A stretch of 64,000 nt of DNA from Lama guanicoe (lineage: Eukaryota), in assembly GCA_013239625.1 (NCBI GenBank), contig MU054323.1, forward strand, positions 20,357,082-20,421,081, read 5' to 3'. Shown here piece by piece: positions 1-11,874 of the stretch. The position numbers and the translations under genes are program-made. The notes under the pieces are model-generated. The model did not search any database and was not told the origin of the DNA. It worked only from the letters and a program-made list of their open reading frames with translations. Within the stretch, counting starts at the first letter, position 1, and each line of letters opens with the position of its first letter.

Positions 1-60
1 GGTGTAAAGTTCTTAGAACACTGTGTGACACACAGTAAACTCTATGTAAGTGCGTTATTT
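1..60 (+). mobile_element. MIR 3' tail fragment
   Basis: gtaaagttcttagaacactgtgtgacacacagtaaact resembles the MIR 3' end (gtaaagcgcttagaacagtgcctggcacatagtaag). Confidence 0.5.
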
Positions 61-139
61 TTACCCACTGACCACCACCATGTTCTCCCTATTCTTTGAA
101 AGATTTTGTTCTCATATGACAAGTGAAAGAAAGAATTGG

Positions 140-690
140 GATCCAGCCAAGGTCCAGTCAGGAGGCAGAAAGCACACCAGTAATCTGAACAGGGAAGATT
201 CAGTTTAAAGAACTGTTAACTAGCAAACGGGGATTAACTACCAAGAGGGGTAAACGGAATTCTAAAGGATACAGAAATAACGGATAAAAGGAGCAGCCAC
301 TACCTCCAGAGATGACACAGAAAACCCACAGAAGGATAAACTTGGAAAAGGCCCTCCCTCCTCGCCAAAGCTGAGACTCAGAACTCACTGGTGGGGGCGT
401 GGAGGGAGCCCACTGCACGGCAGAGAAGTTTGCTGAGCTGCTGCAGGCTGGGGTTGGCAAGCAGGAAACTGTGTGCTGGGTGATGGCAAAATCTGACTGG
501 AAGCCGCCCACTGGCAGCTGTGGTGTAGGAGCCGGAAAAAAAGCACTGAGATGAGGAAGAGACGGCCCTTCAGGCTTCCTCTGGCACCTTCCACAGACAA
601 GGCCCGACTGTGGCGCTGGCTGCAGGGTCACAGAGCAGGGTGGAGACGGGTGTTTGTGGAGCAGAGAAGCACTAAGTTAACAACTGGCAC
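140..690. mobile_element. Ancient LTR-like element (ERVL/MaLR class, family not resolved)
   Basis: Begins ggtccagtcaggaggcagaaagcacaccagtaatctgaacaggga, resembling the terminus of old eutherian LTRs; recognised from memory only. Confidence 0.4.
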
Positions 691-1279
691 ACACCCCATC
701 TACGTTCTCATAATTAAACAAAATGTAGCAGGACTCTTTCCTGTTTGTGTTTTATGTATTTATAGTGGTATGAAGAGGGCTATGGTTAGGGCAGCCCTGG
801 GCTCCTGGATGTCTGCGACAGTCACAGTCATGCTTATCCACCCAGGATTATTAATGACGCCCCTTTTCGCTCTCAGAAATGCCCGTTTGGAGGATGGAGT
901 ATGTGGTCACACTAACTCCTGATGTATCATTTTCTTTCAAACTACTCCCACCGATAGTAGCTAGAAACACAATAAACACACACACACAATTCTGCTTGAA
1001 GAGCTACCAAGCAGCCCAGGTGCCGAGGGGCCACGATTCAGGGAGAAGAGAAGTGCACCCAGATGAGCGCGGCAGCCTGAGCGGCAATCCTCCTTGACGC
1101 ATTGGCGGGTTTGTAGGTGGAAGAAACGAAGTGGCAGAGAAGCCGAGCAGAAAGCACTAGTTCTCAAGAGTAATACATGGTTTTAAAAATGGACATCTCA
1201 GTCTGTCTAAAAGAGTTCTTTTAATAGGTATAAAATAAAAAGTCTGATACGAAAGCACAGTATCCGAGTTAAAATGGCA

Positions 1280-1550
1280 GCATCTTTTCTTTCTTAATGC
1301 TGCATAATATAATGGTTCATTTATAGGTTAGGGCACCTTCGATTTGATGAAATATGGTATATTTGTTCACAGGTGTAAGTGTCTCAATAAAAGTGGAACT
1401 GCTGGGTCAAAGGACATATATTTGATAGATTCTGCTAAACTATCTTCAAAAAAACCTGAACAATATTGAACAGTGTCCATTTCCCCACACGATTTCCAAC
1501 ATTGGGTGTTACCAATCTTTAAAATTTTTTTTTCCTCTGACAGGCTCTCA
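1280..1550 (-). mobile_element. Old L1 (L1M) 3' region fragment
   Basis: aagtggaactgctgggtcaaagg...tgtccatttccccacacgatttccaacattgggtgttaccaatctttaaaattttt is typical antisense L1M ORF2-end/3'UTR sequence. Confidence 0.5.
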
Positions 1551-2789
1551 CTATGCCTACATTTCAGCTTCAGCCATGAGTGAAGGTAATGTGTGCTTCC
1601 CCAAATTATCATCATGCTCCACTCACGTGCAATGGCTTCAAATCTGCATCACACTTTAGACCCACACCTCTTCCTCCTCCTAAGGGAAAGTAAAGGGTCA
1701 TTTCTCCACATGATGCTGGTGAGGCTCTTGGACTATTAGGACAGGAAGGGATCTTAGATGCTGCCAAATCCCAGGGGTTCTGAAAGACATTCAAGATGGT
1801 CCTTGCTGTTACAGGTGGCAGGGCATCTTTTCAATTTCTACTTAGATAAATAATAATTAAAATAATTCTTCAGACACCTTCTTGCCCCATGAACATGGTA
1901 TGAATTCAGGAGCCTCTGAATGCCTGTTGAACAGCACCTGCAGCACCAGAAGTGTGTGTGTAACTCAGCTGCTCAGGTGGGTCCAAAGTGGGTTTTGACT
2001 CCTCTACAGCAACTTGTTAGTCATATTCTGCTTCATGTATAGCCATAATGGAATGCTGGCTGAAAATATAAAATATGAAAAGTTTGCTGAAATGAAGACC
2101 ATAAGATGAAAATTCTACAAATCTGGCTCAAGATGATCTTCATTCACTAGACATGCAAATTGCATTTGGCTGATCAAAATGTTTATCTTGTATGTCAGGA
2201 AAAAACCAAAACCAGAAAATATAGTGATAATTATGTCCAATTCGGCCTTCATTATTAGGAATTAAGACTAGCCAAACCCACTTCATGATATTTGCAGAAT
2301 GGTGCTTGGATATAGCAGCCAGAACCCTTCTGTTTTATATCATCATTTAGACACAAAAACATGAAAGTAATAAAAATAAACCCCTTTTTAAAGTGCAAGA
2401 AGCATAAATTCTAAACATTCATTTAGGAAAGCAGTTTTTGTCTATTTTTGATGCTACAATGAGTCATTAAATTTCATACATTTTAATATACATTTGTCCT
2501 AAGACCAAATATGATATATTCTTTTAAAAGTTATTTGTTAACAAAGCATACTTTTCCATTACATAATTAAAGTAAATTAAACATTTTGCATAGCATGGTG
2601 AATGGGAAAAGACTGAGACTAGTCTTACTAGATTATGGGTATTACTCAAGATTATTTTAACATTGTACACATCCCTAAAATAAGTTTCATTTTAAAAATC
2701 ACTACTTTATTACGCATCACACAAATTATCAAATAATTAAATCATCTCAAAGTGTTGGCAAGGGTCCACATGACAAAAAGAATTCTCCA

Positions 2790-2930
2790 GTCAAGGTAGG
2801 CTAGAAAGTTCTTATCTGGTCTAGATCCATCAGTTTATAAATGAGAAAATTGAGACCATGAAAGGGTAGGAGACTTCCTTAAGGTCACACAGCCAGGGAG
2901 GGCCACAATTCAGGCTCTTAGTTCATTGCT
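2790..2930 (-). mobile_element. MIR SINE
   Basis: Antisense core tttataaatgagaaaattgagacc...aaggtcacacagccag. Confidence 0.6.
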
Positions 2931-4139
2931 CTTTAGGGTCAGTATGTATAAGGTTAAGTGATTTGAAGGTCTCAGGACACTTCTTTTTGCTGAAAAATCT
3001 GTCTGGTAGCAGGGGTTCTGACACTCTCCTTCTGGGTTCAGCATTCCTCTCTCCTTCCTCCTTTAGAGCCCCGGTCTCCTTGGGGACTAAGCTATTTTAA
3101 TTCCCAAAGGTTGTATCATGGGCTGCCTTCCCCTCCCATGCAGCCGTGGATCAGTCAATATCTGTTGAACCATTGAAGGAGTAGGTCCATCAAAGGGGGA
3201 GTGAGAATGGAAGCCAGACCACCAGGGCCATCTTTGCTCATGGTTCATCAGATGGATTTCACCTGGGGGACTCAGGAGGGAGAAAGAGCAGACACTGTAA
3301 ATGCTACTGGATTTGAGAAGACACTGTGTATGAGCCCGCAACTTTCTTCTTTTCTTAGGAAATTAACTCCTTTCAATTGAGGGGGGGAAATTATTCCCAC
3401 CTGAGGGCAAATCATGCATTTACCTTTACTGCCTGTTCCATCTTTTGGGAGGGACTTATTTCAAAGCTTCACTCTCTGCTGCCCTTGATTTACTGTAGAC
3501 TTGCCTACGCATGCTCCCAGGAGTCCTAATCCTGGCATGTTTTACACAGCTCTGCATCCCACCACCTGCCTGGTGCTTGCCTGATGGGATCTTGCAGGCA
3601 TGCTGATCATCTCCTTTCTGAGCTCTTGCTCTGCATATGCATCCCTCAAAGTTTACAAAACCATCTGGAGAGACTCACCTACCTCCTCTCTCTGGGTATG
3701 TAACCCAGTCTGCACATGGCATTGAACTTCCTGAAAACACCACCTTCGGGAGGCCCCTGCCTTACACAGAACCTGTGCCTGTCTTCTCATCATCTGCCTG
3801 ATCACTCTACTCTCTTCTGCTCCAATTTCAAGGTTTTCTACAATCCTACTGCTCGACACTCATCACCCTAACACAACCTGTTACTGTGGGCAAGTCACCA
3901 TCAAGGCAATTATACATGATCTTTTTTCTGCCCCCATCACTTACTCATGCTGGATCCCCCAATCTATTGCCATAGTGTCCTACTGTTTGCCCTTCTGGCT
4001 TTCCCAGGAAAGCAGAGGTCACTAAATAGGGTGTCCAACATGCCAACAGAGGCCCAGGAGACAATCGAATGAGAAGACCCCTGAGGAAGAGAGAGGGGGT
4101 GGAGCTAGCTGAAGATACCCTTCCAGAGGGATGCAGGTT

Positions 4140-4370
4140 TCCAGCGGAGTTATCAATTAGAGACAGTAGGCACAGTTTCTAGAGCCCTCAAAAATGTTTA
4201 CATTAAAAAAAACTGGAATTAGAAGAAAAAAATAGAATGAATGTAACAATAAATCTTTGTTTTGCAGTAGCAAAATATAATTAAAAAAAATTTTTTTTGG
4301 ATGGAGGAAGGGCCCACGAAAACAAAAGTGCGTGCCTAGGGCACAGGACAGTCAAAATTCAGCCGTGGGT
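4140..4370. mobile_element. Non-autonomous hAT-Tip100-like DNA transposon (MER91-like)
   Basis: Degenerate inverted ends (cagcggagttat ... aaattcagccgtg) with internal taggcacag / gggcccac / tgcctaggg motifs. Confidence 0.4.
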
Positions 4371-4804
4371 ACAGTGGTTCCACTTTCTGGACATCGAGTT
4401 ATTTGTATGAGACCTCTTGATTCTAAATATTAGGAATTCGCTTTAAAATTAAAACATATATGTTGTGGCCCAACGAAACACGTGGAGCTTAGCCTTCTGT
4501 CTGTTGAAGGCCAGAATGCCCATGGCTTGGCACGATTTCGGGGACACTTCTTCAGCCTGGGTGCCCGCGCACCCCGCTCGGGATGGAAGACGGGGCAGCA
4601 GAAAGCCTTCGGGGCACGACGAGGGTCTGAGGGTTAAATCCCCGCCCAGTCGGGTGGTGGAAGCTCGATCGCCACCTCCGCCCAGGCGCTCCCAGGGTGC
4701 CCTGCGGGAAAGCGCGGGCTTCGCTCACTCAGGGGTTTTCCCGCTCGCGCCGACTAGTCAGGAGGCGCGGGCGCGGCCGTGGGGGTGGGGTCCTCCCGCT
4801 CACT

Positions 4805-4823
4805 GGTCACCAGGGGGCAGGGC
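4805..4823 (+). promoter_or_regulatory. CTCF-like motif upstream of tRNA
   Basis: ggTCACCAGGGGGCAGggc is a near match to CCASYAGRKGGCRS. Confidence 0.45.
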
Positions 4824-5265
4824 GGCCGCCGGGGGCATCTGCGGCCCCGGGGCCGGGGCCGCCCCGCTCGGCCCCACCCCTCGCAACAAGGCCCGCCCGC
4901 CGGCCGCAGCCCAGCTCCTGCGCTAGTCCTGGTCCTCGCGGGGCCCGCTCCCGGGAGGCGAAGCTCCACGGAGGACGCGGAGGTGGTTTCAGGCCGCAGC
5001 GCCGGGGGCTCCTCTGCCCGCGCTGCTCGGGGAGACGGGTTGCTCTCTCTTCAAGTTCTAGCCTATCCGTCCCTCCATCTTGGAGAGAGACCCTCGCAGC
5101 CTTCCCGCTTTCACTCCGCCGGGGGCCGCTGGAGCGGAAGCTGCGGGGTCTCGGGGCCCGGCTCTTTCCCGCCGAGCCGCGAGCCGCGGGTGCGCATGCT
5201 CCGCAGAGGCCCGCACAGGCCCTGAGTGAACCCTGATAGAGCCATCGCGAGGCGGGGTAAGCGGA

Positions 5266-5358
5266 GCTCCAGTGGCGCAATCGGTTAGCGCGCGGTACTT
5301 ATACAGCAGTACATGCAGAGCAATGCCGAGGTTGTGAGTTCGAGCCTCACCTGGAGCA
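5266..5358 (+). tRNA. TRI-TAT: tRNA-Ile, anticodon TAT (UAU), with 19-nt intron at 5304-5322
   Basis: Complete cloverleaf: acceptor GCTCCAG/CTGGAGC plus discriminator A; D stem GCGC/GCGC; anticodon stem CGGTA/TGCCG with CT-TAT-A (anticodon 5300-5302); intron CAGCAGTACATGCAGAGCA after position 37; T stem GTGAG/CTCAC with TTCGAGC loop; intact A and B boxes. Confidence 0.98.
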
Positions 5359-5364
5359 TGACCC

Positions 5365-5389
5365 TTTTGGGTACCCGCACGCCCTTTTT
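5365..5389 (+). terminator. RNA polymerase III terminators (T4 at 5365-5368, backup T5 at 5385-5389)
   Basis: Oligo-T runs starting 7 and 27 nt after the tRNA discriminator. Confidence 0.8.
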
Positions 5390-6589
5390 ATTTAATTGCC
5401 CTAGGGAATGAGTCAGTCCCTGTTTAGCCTTCTCAGTTCCTGTTTCTGACCGCTCTGCGTGCACGTCCTGCACCGCCGCAGGCAGGAAGCCGCTCGCATT
5501 GACGCCTGTTACTCGCTTTCCAAGCTACTTGTTTCCCGCGCACCATCCAGCCTTTCGAACCCGGACTTTTACCTGTTGCTACCTCTTCCTAGGCATTTCC
5601 TTTAACAGCACCCGGTCCCGGGTCATGGTACCGGGGATGCGGACGGGAGGTCCCAGGACGAGGTCAGGTTCCGGGCCGCTGCTCCTCACCCAGGGCCGGG
5701 TGCGGCGCGGTGCGCGCTGCGTGGTGGTGCCGGAGCCCGGCGGCCACTCCTGAGAGTTGGGGCCTGAGGCCCAGAGCAGGGCCTCCCCTTCCTTTTAACT
5801 ACTAACTAGTCATGCCCCCCCCCGTAGAGCCCCTTAATTGCGGGTCTTTCTCCCCCACCCAGGCCTCCAGGCCTCCCTGGGCGGATTTGCAGAGATCGGG
5901 AGAAGGGCCCGGGAGTTTCCCCGCCCCCACCTGGGCCCCTTCTCCCCGGTGTCGGTCCGGAGTGGTGGAATTCGCGGGCGGACCAGAGAACAGACGTTTT
6001 CTGGGATGTCCGAGCCCCGGGTGCCCTTTCATGCCTGCCACACAGCCCTGGTTCAGAAGCCCTGCAGGGGAGCGGGAAATCTGCCAGCTGGTTTTTGAAG
6101 TGTCCCAGCACGCGAACACGTCTCGGAGGCACGGGGCCGCTTTGCCAAGGGGTAGGGGGGTGCCCCATGGCCCCAGGACGTGGCGCGAAGTAGGGAACGA
6201 GTTTAGTTGGGGGTGAGAGGCCTCCCGGACGTGTTCTTCCGGAAGAGTGGTTTCAGCTGTTGTCATGGACGTGCTAGTAGTAACTCCTGGGATGGAAATT
6301 CTGCCAGGAATGGTGAGAAGAAAGACCTAGAAAGCTCAGAGGAAGTGGGTGGAGGGTGAAGCTCTTGTCTGTCTCCTCGGCTTCTAACCCCAGCCCCAGA
6401 TTCGGATGAGGAGCCCCACGCCAACTGAAATGGGAGGCAGTCCGCCCGCCTCATGTAACCTGGCTGCCCGTTCTCGCTGGACCAGGGCCTTTCACTGACA
6501 AGCTCCTCAGCAGATGGTGAGTGCTCCTCTTTAGAAATCTAGCCAGACTGGAAACAAATATCTATACAAAAAATTTGCTTAATTAAAAA

Positions 6590-6980
6590 AAAAACACCCA
6601 GCTTTATCAAGATAATAACTCATATACTCTACAATTCACCCATTTAAAGTGTACAATTCAATGGATTTTAGTATATTCACAGATATGTGCGACCATCACC
6701 ACAGTCAATTTTAGAACATTTTCTTCAGCTCAGTAGGAAACCCTGTATCCTTTAGCTATCACCCCATCCCATTGCTAAATAACCGCTAATCCACTTTCTG
6801 TCTCTACATTTCCAAGGTCTGGACTTTCATGTGAATGGAATCATAATACGTGGTCTTTTGTGACTGGCTTCTTTCAGTTAGCCTAATGTTTTCAAGATTC
6901 ATCCACGTCCTACTCAGTATCAATACTTCATATCTGTTTATGGCTGAATAATATTCCATTTTATGGATTCTGTCCATTTT
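6590..6980 (-). mobile_element. L1MB-type LINE 3' end
   Basis: gctttatcaagataataactcatatac...cccatttaaagtgtacaattcaatggattttagtatattcacaga...accatcaccacagtcaattttagaacatttt is a classic antisense L1MB 3'UTR. Confidence 0.8.
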
Positions 6981-7589
6981 TGAACAATGGAGAAAAGATT
7001 GGCATTTTAAAAAATGCCCAAAACTGCTATTTATAAGGGGATTAATTAATTTTAATGATGGAAAGCATTTTCATAAGACCTATGTTAATTTTTTAAAGCT
7101 TCACTGTAACTAGTGTTAACAGTTTAGTAGAGTTGCCAAATGTTAGTAAAATTGCATATTTTTTTTAAAGGAAATTTCTTTTAAAATGTACAAAGCATAA
7201 AAACAATCACACTTGCCAAGTGCATTCTTTCAACCTTCAGAGTTTACTCACTGCAAGAACTGGTCAGCTTCTTCTGAGAGCTGAGCAGTTTCCCTACGTA
7301 GACAGAAATAAATGAATGAAAGATCATTTTGCCCAACCTCCTATTCATGTTGGAAACCCTTCTTCCAAACCCTAGCTCCTATTTGAAAACTTCTAGTATT
7401 AAAATGCCGTTTCTTCACAAGGCAATGCATTCCATTTTCTGTCAGCTCTCATGGTTTGAACATTCTTCCTCTTAAGTATTGTTCTATCCCTATTGGTTAT
7501 TGCTGGAATGGTGGTGGTTTTGGGAACTGTTTTACTGGTGAGATGGTGAAGTGAGAAGGAAGGAAGCTCAATTAGTTGCCCTTGCTGAT

Positions 7590-8270
7590 TAATCTAGAAA
7601 TCCCCAAATGGGTGGTTCGTAGTGGATTACAAACAAACATACAGACCACTGGCAGATTGGTAAGCCAAAATCTTGATGTGATATTGATTGGATTTTTAAA
7701 GGTCATGGTAGGTAATAAAGATCAGATCAGAAAATTATGGGAAACTGCTATAAAAACTATAAAGTACTACATGTACAGGTGTAAGGAGGTGGCATTCTTA
7801 TCACCACAAAACTAGTGGATTAGGCCTGTACACAATGTATGGTGGCTTCAAGGAGGAAGATGGGTAAACACGAGGTTGATGAGCTCGGAAGGTAGGTTGA
7901 AGTTATAGCTGAACAGCTGTTGGTGTCTAACAGGAGAGATGCCTCACCCACTCCATTGAAATCCATTGAACTTATACACAGGTTGGCATTAGCTTTGTAG
8001 ATGGCTTGTATGAAGACAGGCTTATTAAAATTGCAAGATACAAAGCTGGAAGGGAGTGCAAATTCAGTAGAATTTGGTGGTAGAGCCAATCCAGAGACAA
8101 ATGGTAAGATGCAATTTGATAGAGATAATTGGAACCTGTGTTCAGTGCAGAGTTCAATGTGGGGAATGCCTGACTTGACAGCTGTTTGCATGTAAAGGAT
8201 CTGGGGATTTCAGATGTGTGCAGCCTCAGCTGTCCCGGCCGTGTGACCCAACTGCTAAGAATGTCAAGCA
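7590..8270 (+). mobile_element. L3/CR1 LINE, degenerate reverse transcriptase segment
   Basis: Frame in ORF 8001-8195 reads LLKLQDTKLEGSAN, resembling the CR1 RT motif LIKFADDTKLGG. Confidence 0.55.
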
Positions 8271-8309
8271 ATTATTAACGCATTACTGTATAATGCATTA
8301 CATGGTGTG

Positions 8310-8660
8310 TGTCAGAGACCACAAAACGGCAGCCTGTGGAACAAATCTAGCTTCCAGACAGGTTTTGTTTGGCTTTCTAGTACTGACTTGCAAAATATTT
8401 AAACATTTTTTTAATCATTTGCCTACATCTTGGTAGATTTTACTGAAATGCCTAGAGTTCAAGTTTCTAATGAAGAATCAAAAGACTTGGCCATCTGGGG
8501 CCCTCATTCCCAAATTCCCATTGGCTGCTCCCTTTGGATGGGCATGTGATCTTCCATTTGCCATGGTCCTCCATTAATCCCCGACACAGAGGTGGGTACC
8601 AGCTGTTTTCTTAACCCCTGACTCATTGCTCTCATTTGTGACCTACAGACACTAAGTGTG
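8310..8660. mobile_element. MER102-like hAT-Charlie DNA transposon
   Basis: cagagaccacaaaacggcagcctgtggaacaaatctagcttccagacaggttttgtttggc ... gctgctccctttggatgggcatgtgatcttccatttgccatggtcc. Confidence 0.6.
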
Positions 8661-8749
8661 TGGAATACTCCTGTTGAACTCTCAATAGGTCAGAACACAG
8701 CCTGAGGGCTGTGACCTGTATGAACACAGCCCATTTAAAATTCAACAAA

Positions 8750-11700
8750 ACAGAACCCCAGTTTTTTATTATGGAGAATTTCAAGCATACCCCAAGTAGA
8801 GAAAACAGTATATTTAACCCCTGTGAATCCGTCCATCACTACTTTCAAGAGTTGTCAAGTTTATTTCATTTGTCTCGTTCCCACAACATTCTCCCCTAGG
8901 CTAGCACTGTCACTGGAATATTTTAAAGGAAATCCCAGATATAGTTTAATTTAACTTACAAATACCTCAGTATGTATACCCATCGGATGACCACTTTTTA
9001 GAAGAGCATAACTACAGTGTCATTATTACACCTAACAAGATGAATCATTGTGCCTCTGCATCGTCTAACACCTAGTCTCTGTTCAAATTTCCACACTTAC
9101 CTCTGAGAGATATTTTTACACTTGGTTTGTTTGAATCAAGAACCAAACAAGGTCCACACATTGCTTTTGATCAATATATCTTTTGAATCTCTTTTCATTT
9201 ATACCAGTTCACATATATTTGAATACTACTCTCTCTCCACTCCCTTTTATGATATTTATTTGCTAATCTGTAGAATTTCTCATAGAATTTGATGAGTTGC
9301 ATCCTCAGAGCATCCTTTAACAATTCTTCAATCCCCTCCTGACAGTTAGATTTAGAAGCTTGATAATATTAAGAATCAAAAAAATTTTTTTGCAAAAATA
9401 TATTCTAGGGGGTACTGTGAACTGTTGCAGCACAAGGGAAAGTACATAATGTCTGGTTGTTCCACTTTTACTGGTGTTAATTTTATTGGTGATTTCAGAT
9501 GTGGTCAGCATGAAGCCATCCATTATAAAATGCCGCATCATTCTCTAACCTAATGGTTTTAGCAGCTGTTGATGTTCTTTGTCTAGATTTGTTATTTTAT
9601 TTAGGATTACCCAATAGTGGGTTTTTAAATTCTGTAATTCCTTCTGTATTTGACTATGATTCTTAAAAAAACCCTCCTTTTCCCCATCGACTGGTTTTCC
9701 TAAAGCACAATTCACATAGAAAAGACTAAATAATATTGCTTGACCCTTTTCCTTTTACTGCTAATCTTTAGAATAATGAGTTGAGGCTGTAGCAATTCCC
9801 AAAGGTGACCAATTTGTTTTTTACTTTACAGCTTTTTTTGAGGTATAGTTGACATGCAATGAACTGCATTAATGATGTTAAGTAGCTTTTTTAGTGCTTG
9901 TTAGATGTTCATATATCTCTTTAGTGAATTACCCGTTCAGATCTTTCGCCTATTTTTTTATTGGGTTGTTTGTCTTTTTAGGATTGAGTTGTAAGAGTTT
10001 TTGTATATTCTAGATATAATTACTTTGTTGGATATGTTTTATAAATAATTCCTCCCAGTTAAGTGGCTTGAGTTTTCATTTTCTTAATGGTGTCTTTTGA
10101 TAAGCAAATTTTTATTTAAAATTTTGATAAAGTTCAGTTTATCCATTTTTTTCTATTATGGATGGTACTTTTGGTGTTATGTAAAAGAAATCTTTGCCTA
10201 ACCCGAAGTCGTCAAGAATTTACTTTATGTTTTAGTTCTTATTTAGGAGTTAATTTTTGCATTTGTTGAAATGATTAAATCCTTTGAATCCTTTCCTGAT
10301 TGAATTGCCTTGACACCTTGTCAAAAAGGAGTTGATGATAGATGTGTTGGTCTTTTGCTGGAATCTCATTCTGTTCATTCTGCATGTCAGTGTAGTGTTA
10401 TCCAAAAACACCACACTGTGCTGATTACTATAATTATATAAATATATAAATGTATATATGTGAATATATATATTTCCATGTCAACTTTAGAGTCAGCTTG
10501 CCAATTTCTATGGAAGCATCTTGGAATTTTGACAAGAATCTGTTGAATTTATTGATCAATTTGAGAATTGCCTCCTTAACAATATTAAGTCTTCTGATTG
10601 CATAAACAAGGTACATAGCTCCACTTACTTAGGCCTTTAATTTCTTTAAGCAATGTTTTGTAGTTTTCAGTGTATAACTCTTATATTATTTCTTCCTTAA
10701 ATATTTGGTAGAATTCACTAGTGAAACACTGGGCCTGCTGTTTTCTTTGTGAGAAGGGTTGTGTTGTGTTTTTGTTTTTGTTTTTATAAATTCAATTTCA
10801 TTAATAGGTATGGGAGTTATTCAGTTTATCTATTTATCCTTGAGTGCACTTTGGTATTTTGTATCTTTCAAGAAATTTGCCTATTTCATTAAATTTGTTG
10901 GCATAAAGTTATTCATAATATTCCCTTCTTGTCTTTAGGATCTGTAGTGGTATACACTCTGATTTCTGATACTGGTAATTTGTGTCTTTTCTCTTTTTTT
11001 TCCTGATAAGTCTGAGAAGATGTTTTTCACTTTTATTTATCTTTTAAAATATCTAGTTTTTGGTTTTATTGATTTTCTTTACTGTTTTCCTGCTTTTCAT
11101 TTGATTGTGATGCATTTGAAGAGAATATGTACTATGCTGTTGTTGGGCAGCATGTCAGTTACATCAAGTTGGTCTATAGGGTTGTTCAAGTCTTCTGTGT
11201 CTTTGATTTTTCTGCTTACGCACTCTGTCTATCCTTGAGAGAAGGGTGTGAAAATAACCAACAATGATGGGTTTTTATGTTTCTCCTTTTAGTTCTCCCT
11301 TTTTCTCCTTCATGCTGTTGGAAGCTCTGTTACTGGCTGTGTAAACGTTTAGGACTGTTAACCTTTGTTGATGCTTGATTTGTCCCATGTAAGGCCATGC
11401 AAAGTCCCATTAACTTGACTCCTGGATTTTTTTTGACATAATCTTAGATCTGTGATAGTCTTCTTGTTCCCCTCATGACAAGGTATTTCAAAATGTGTTT
11501 TGTACTTGTCTTCCTTCAGTCCTGGAATTGGCCATTTCTCTTAAAAGCCTGGTTCTTTTTGCTGGGAAATGTTATGTAGGAGAACACAATCTGTGTGCTA
11601 GAGCTGCTTACTGCTGCTACTCTATAGTTGTCATATTTCCAAGCCTTTTTAGTGATCAGAACTAGGAAATGCATTAAAAAAGAAAAATAAAGTCTAAATT

Positions 11701-11843
11701 TATAGTGATATTTCCAATTCAAATGTGAGATTAAAAAAAATTATGTCCTTCAATTATATATATATATATATATATATTTTTTATTGAAGTATAGTTGATT
11801 TATAATGTGTTAGTTTCTGTTGTATAGCATACTGATTCAATTG

Positions 11844-11874
<31 letters not shown>

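Larger units (their letters stand above)
4540..6270. promoter_or_regulatory. CpG island surrounding the tRNA gene
   Basis: Sharp rise in GC content and CpG density against CpG-depleted flanks; GC boxes, NRF1-like tgcgcatgc (~5191), AP-1 tgagtca (5409-5415), ETS-like ccggaag (~6239). Confidence 0.9.

Noticed and set aside
2030..2340. Possible hAT transposase terminus (KFAEMK-like frame near 2078)
   Set aside because: The match is too short to support without a profile search.
4465..6266. Many overlapping 120-180 aa ORFs on both strands in the CpG island
   Set aside because: Pro/Arg/Gly/Ala-rich translations are expected where GC-rich DNA lacks stop codons; no recognisable domain, and several start at non-ATG codons.
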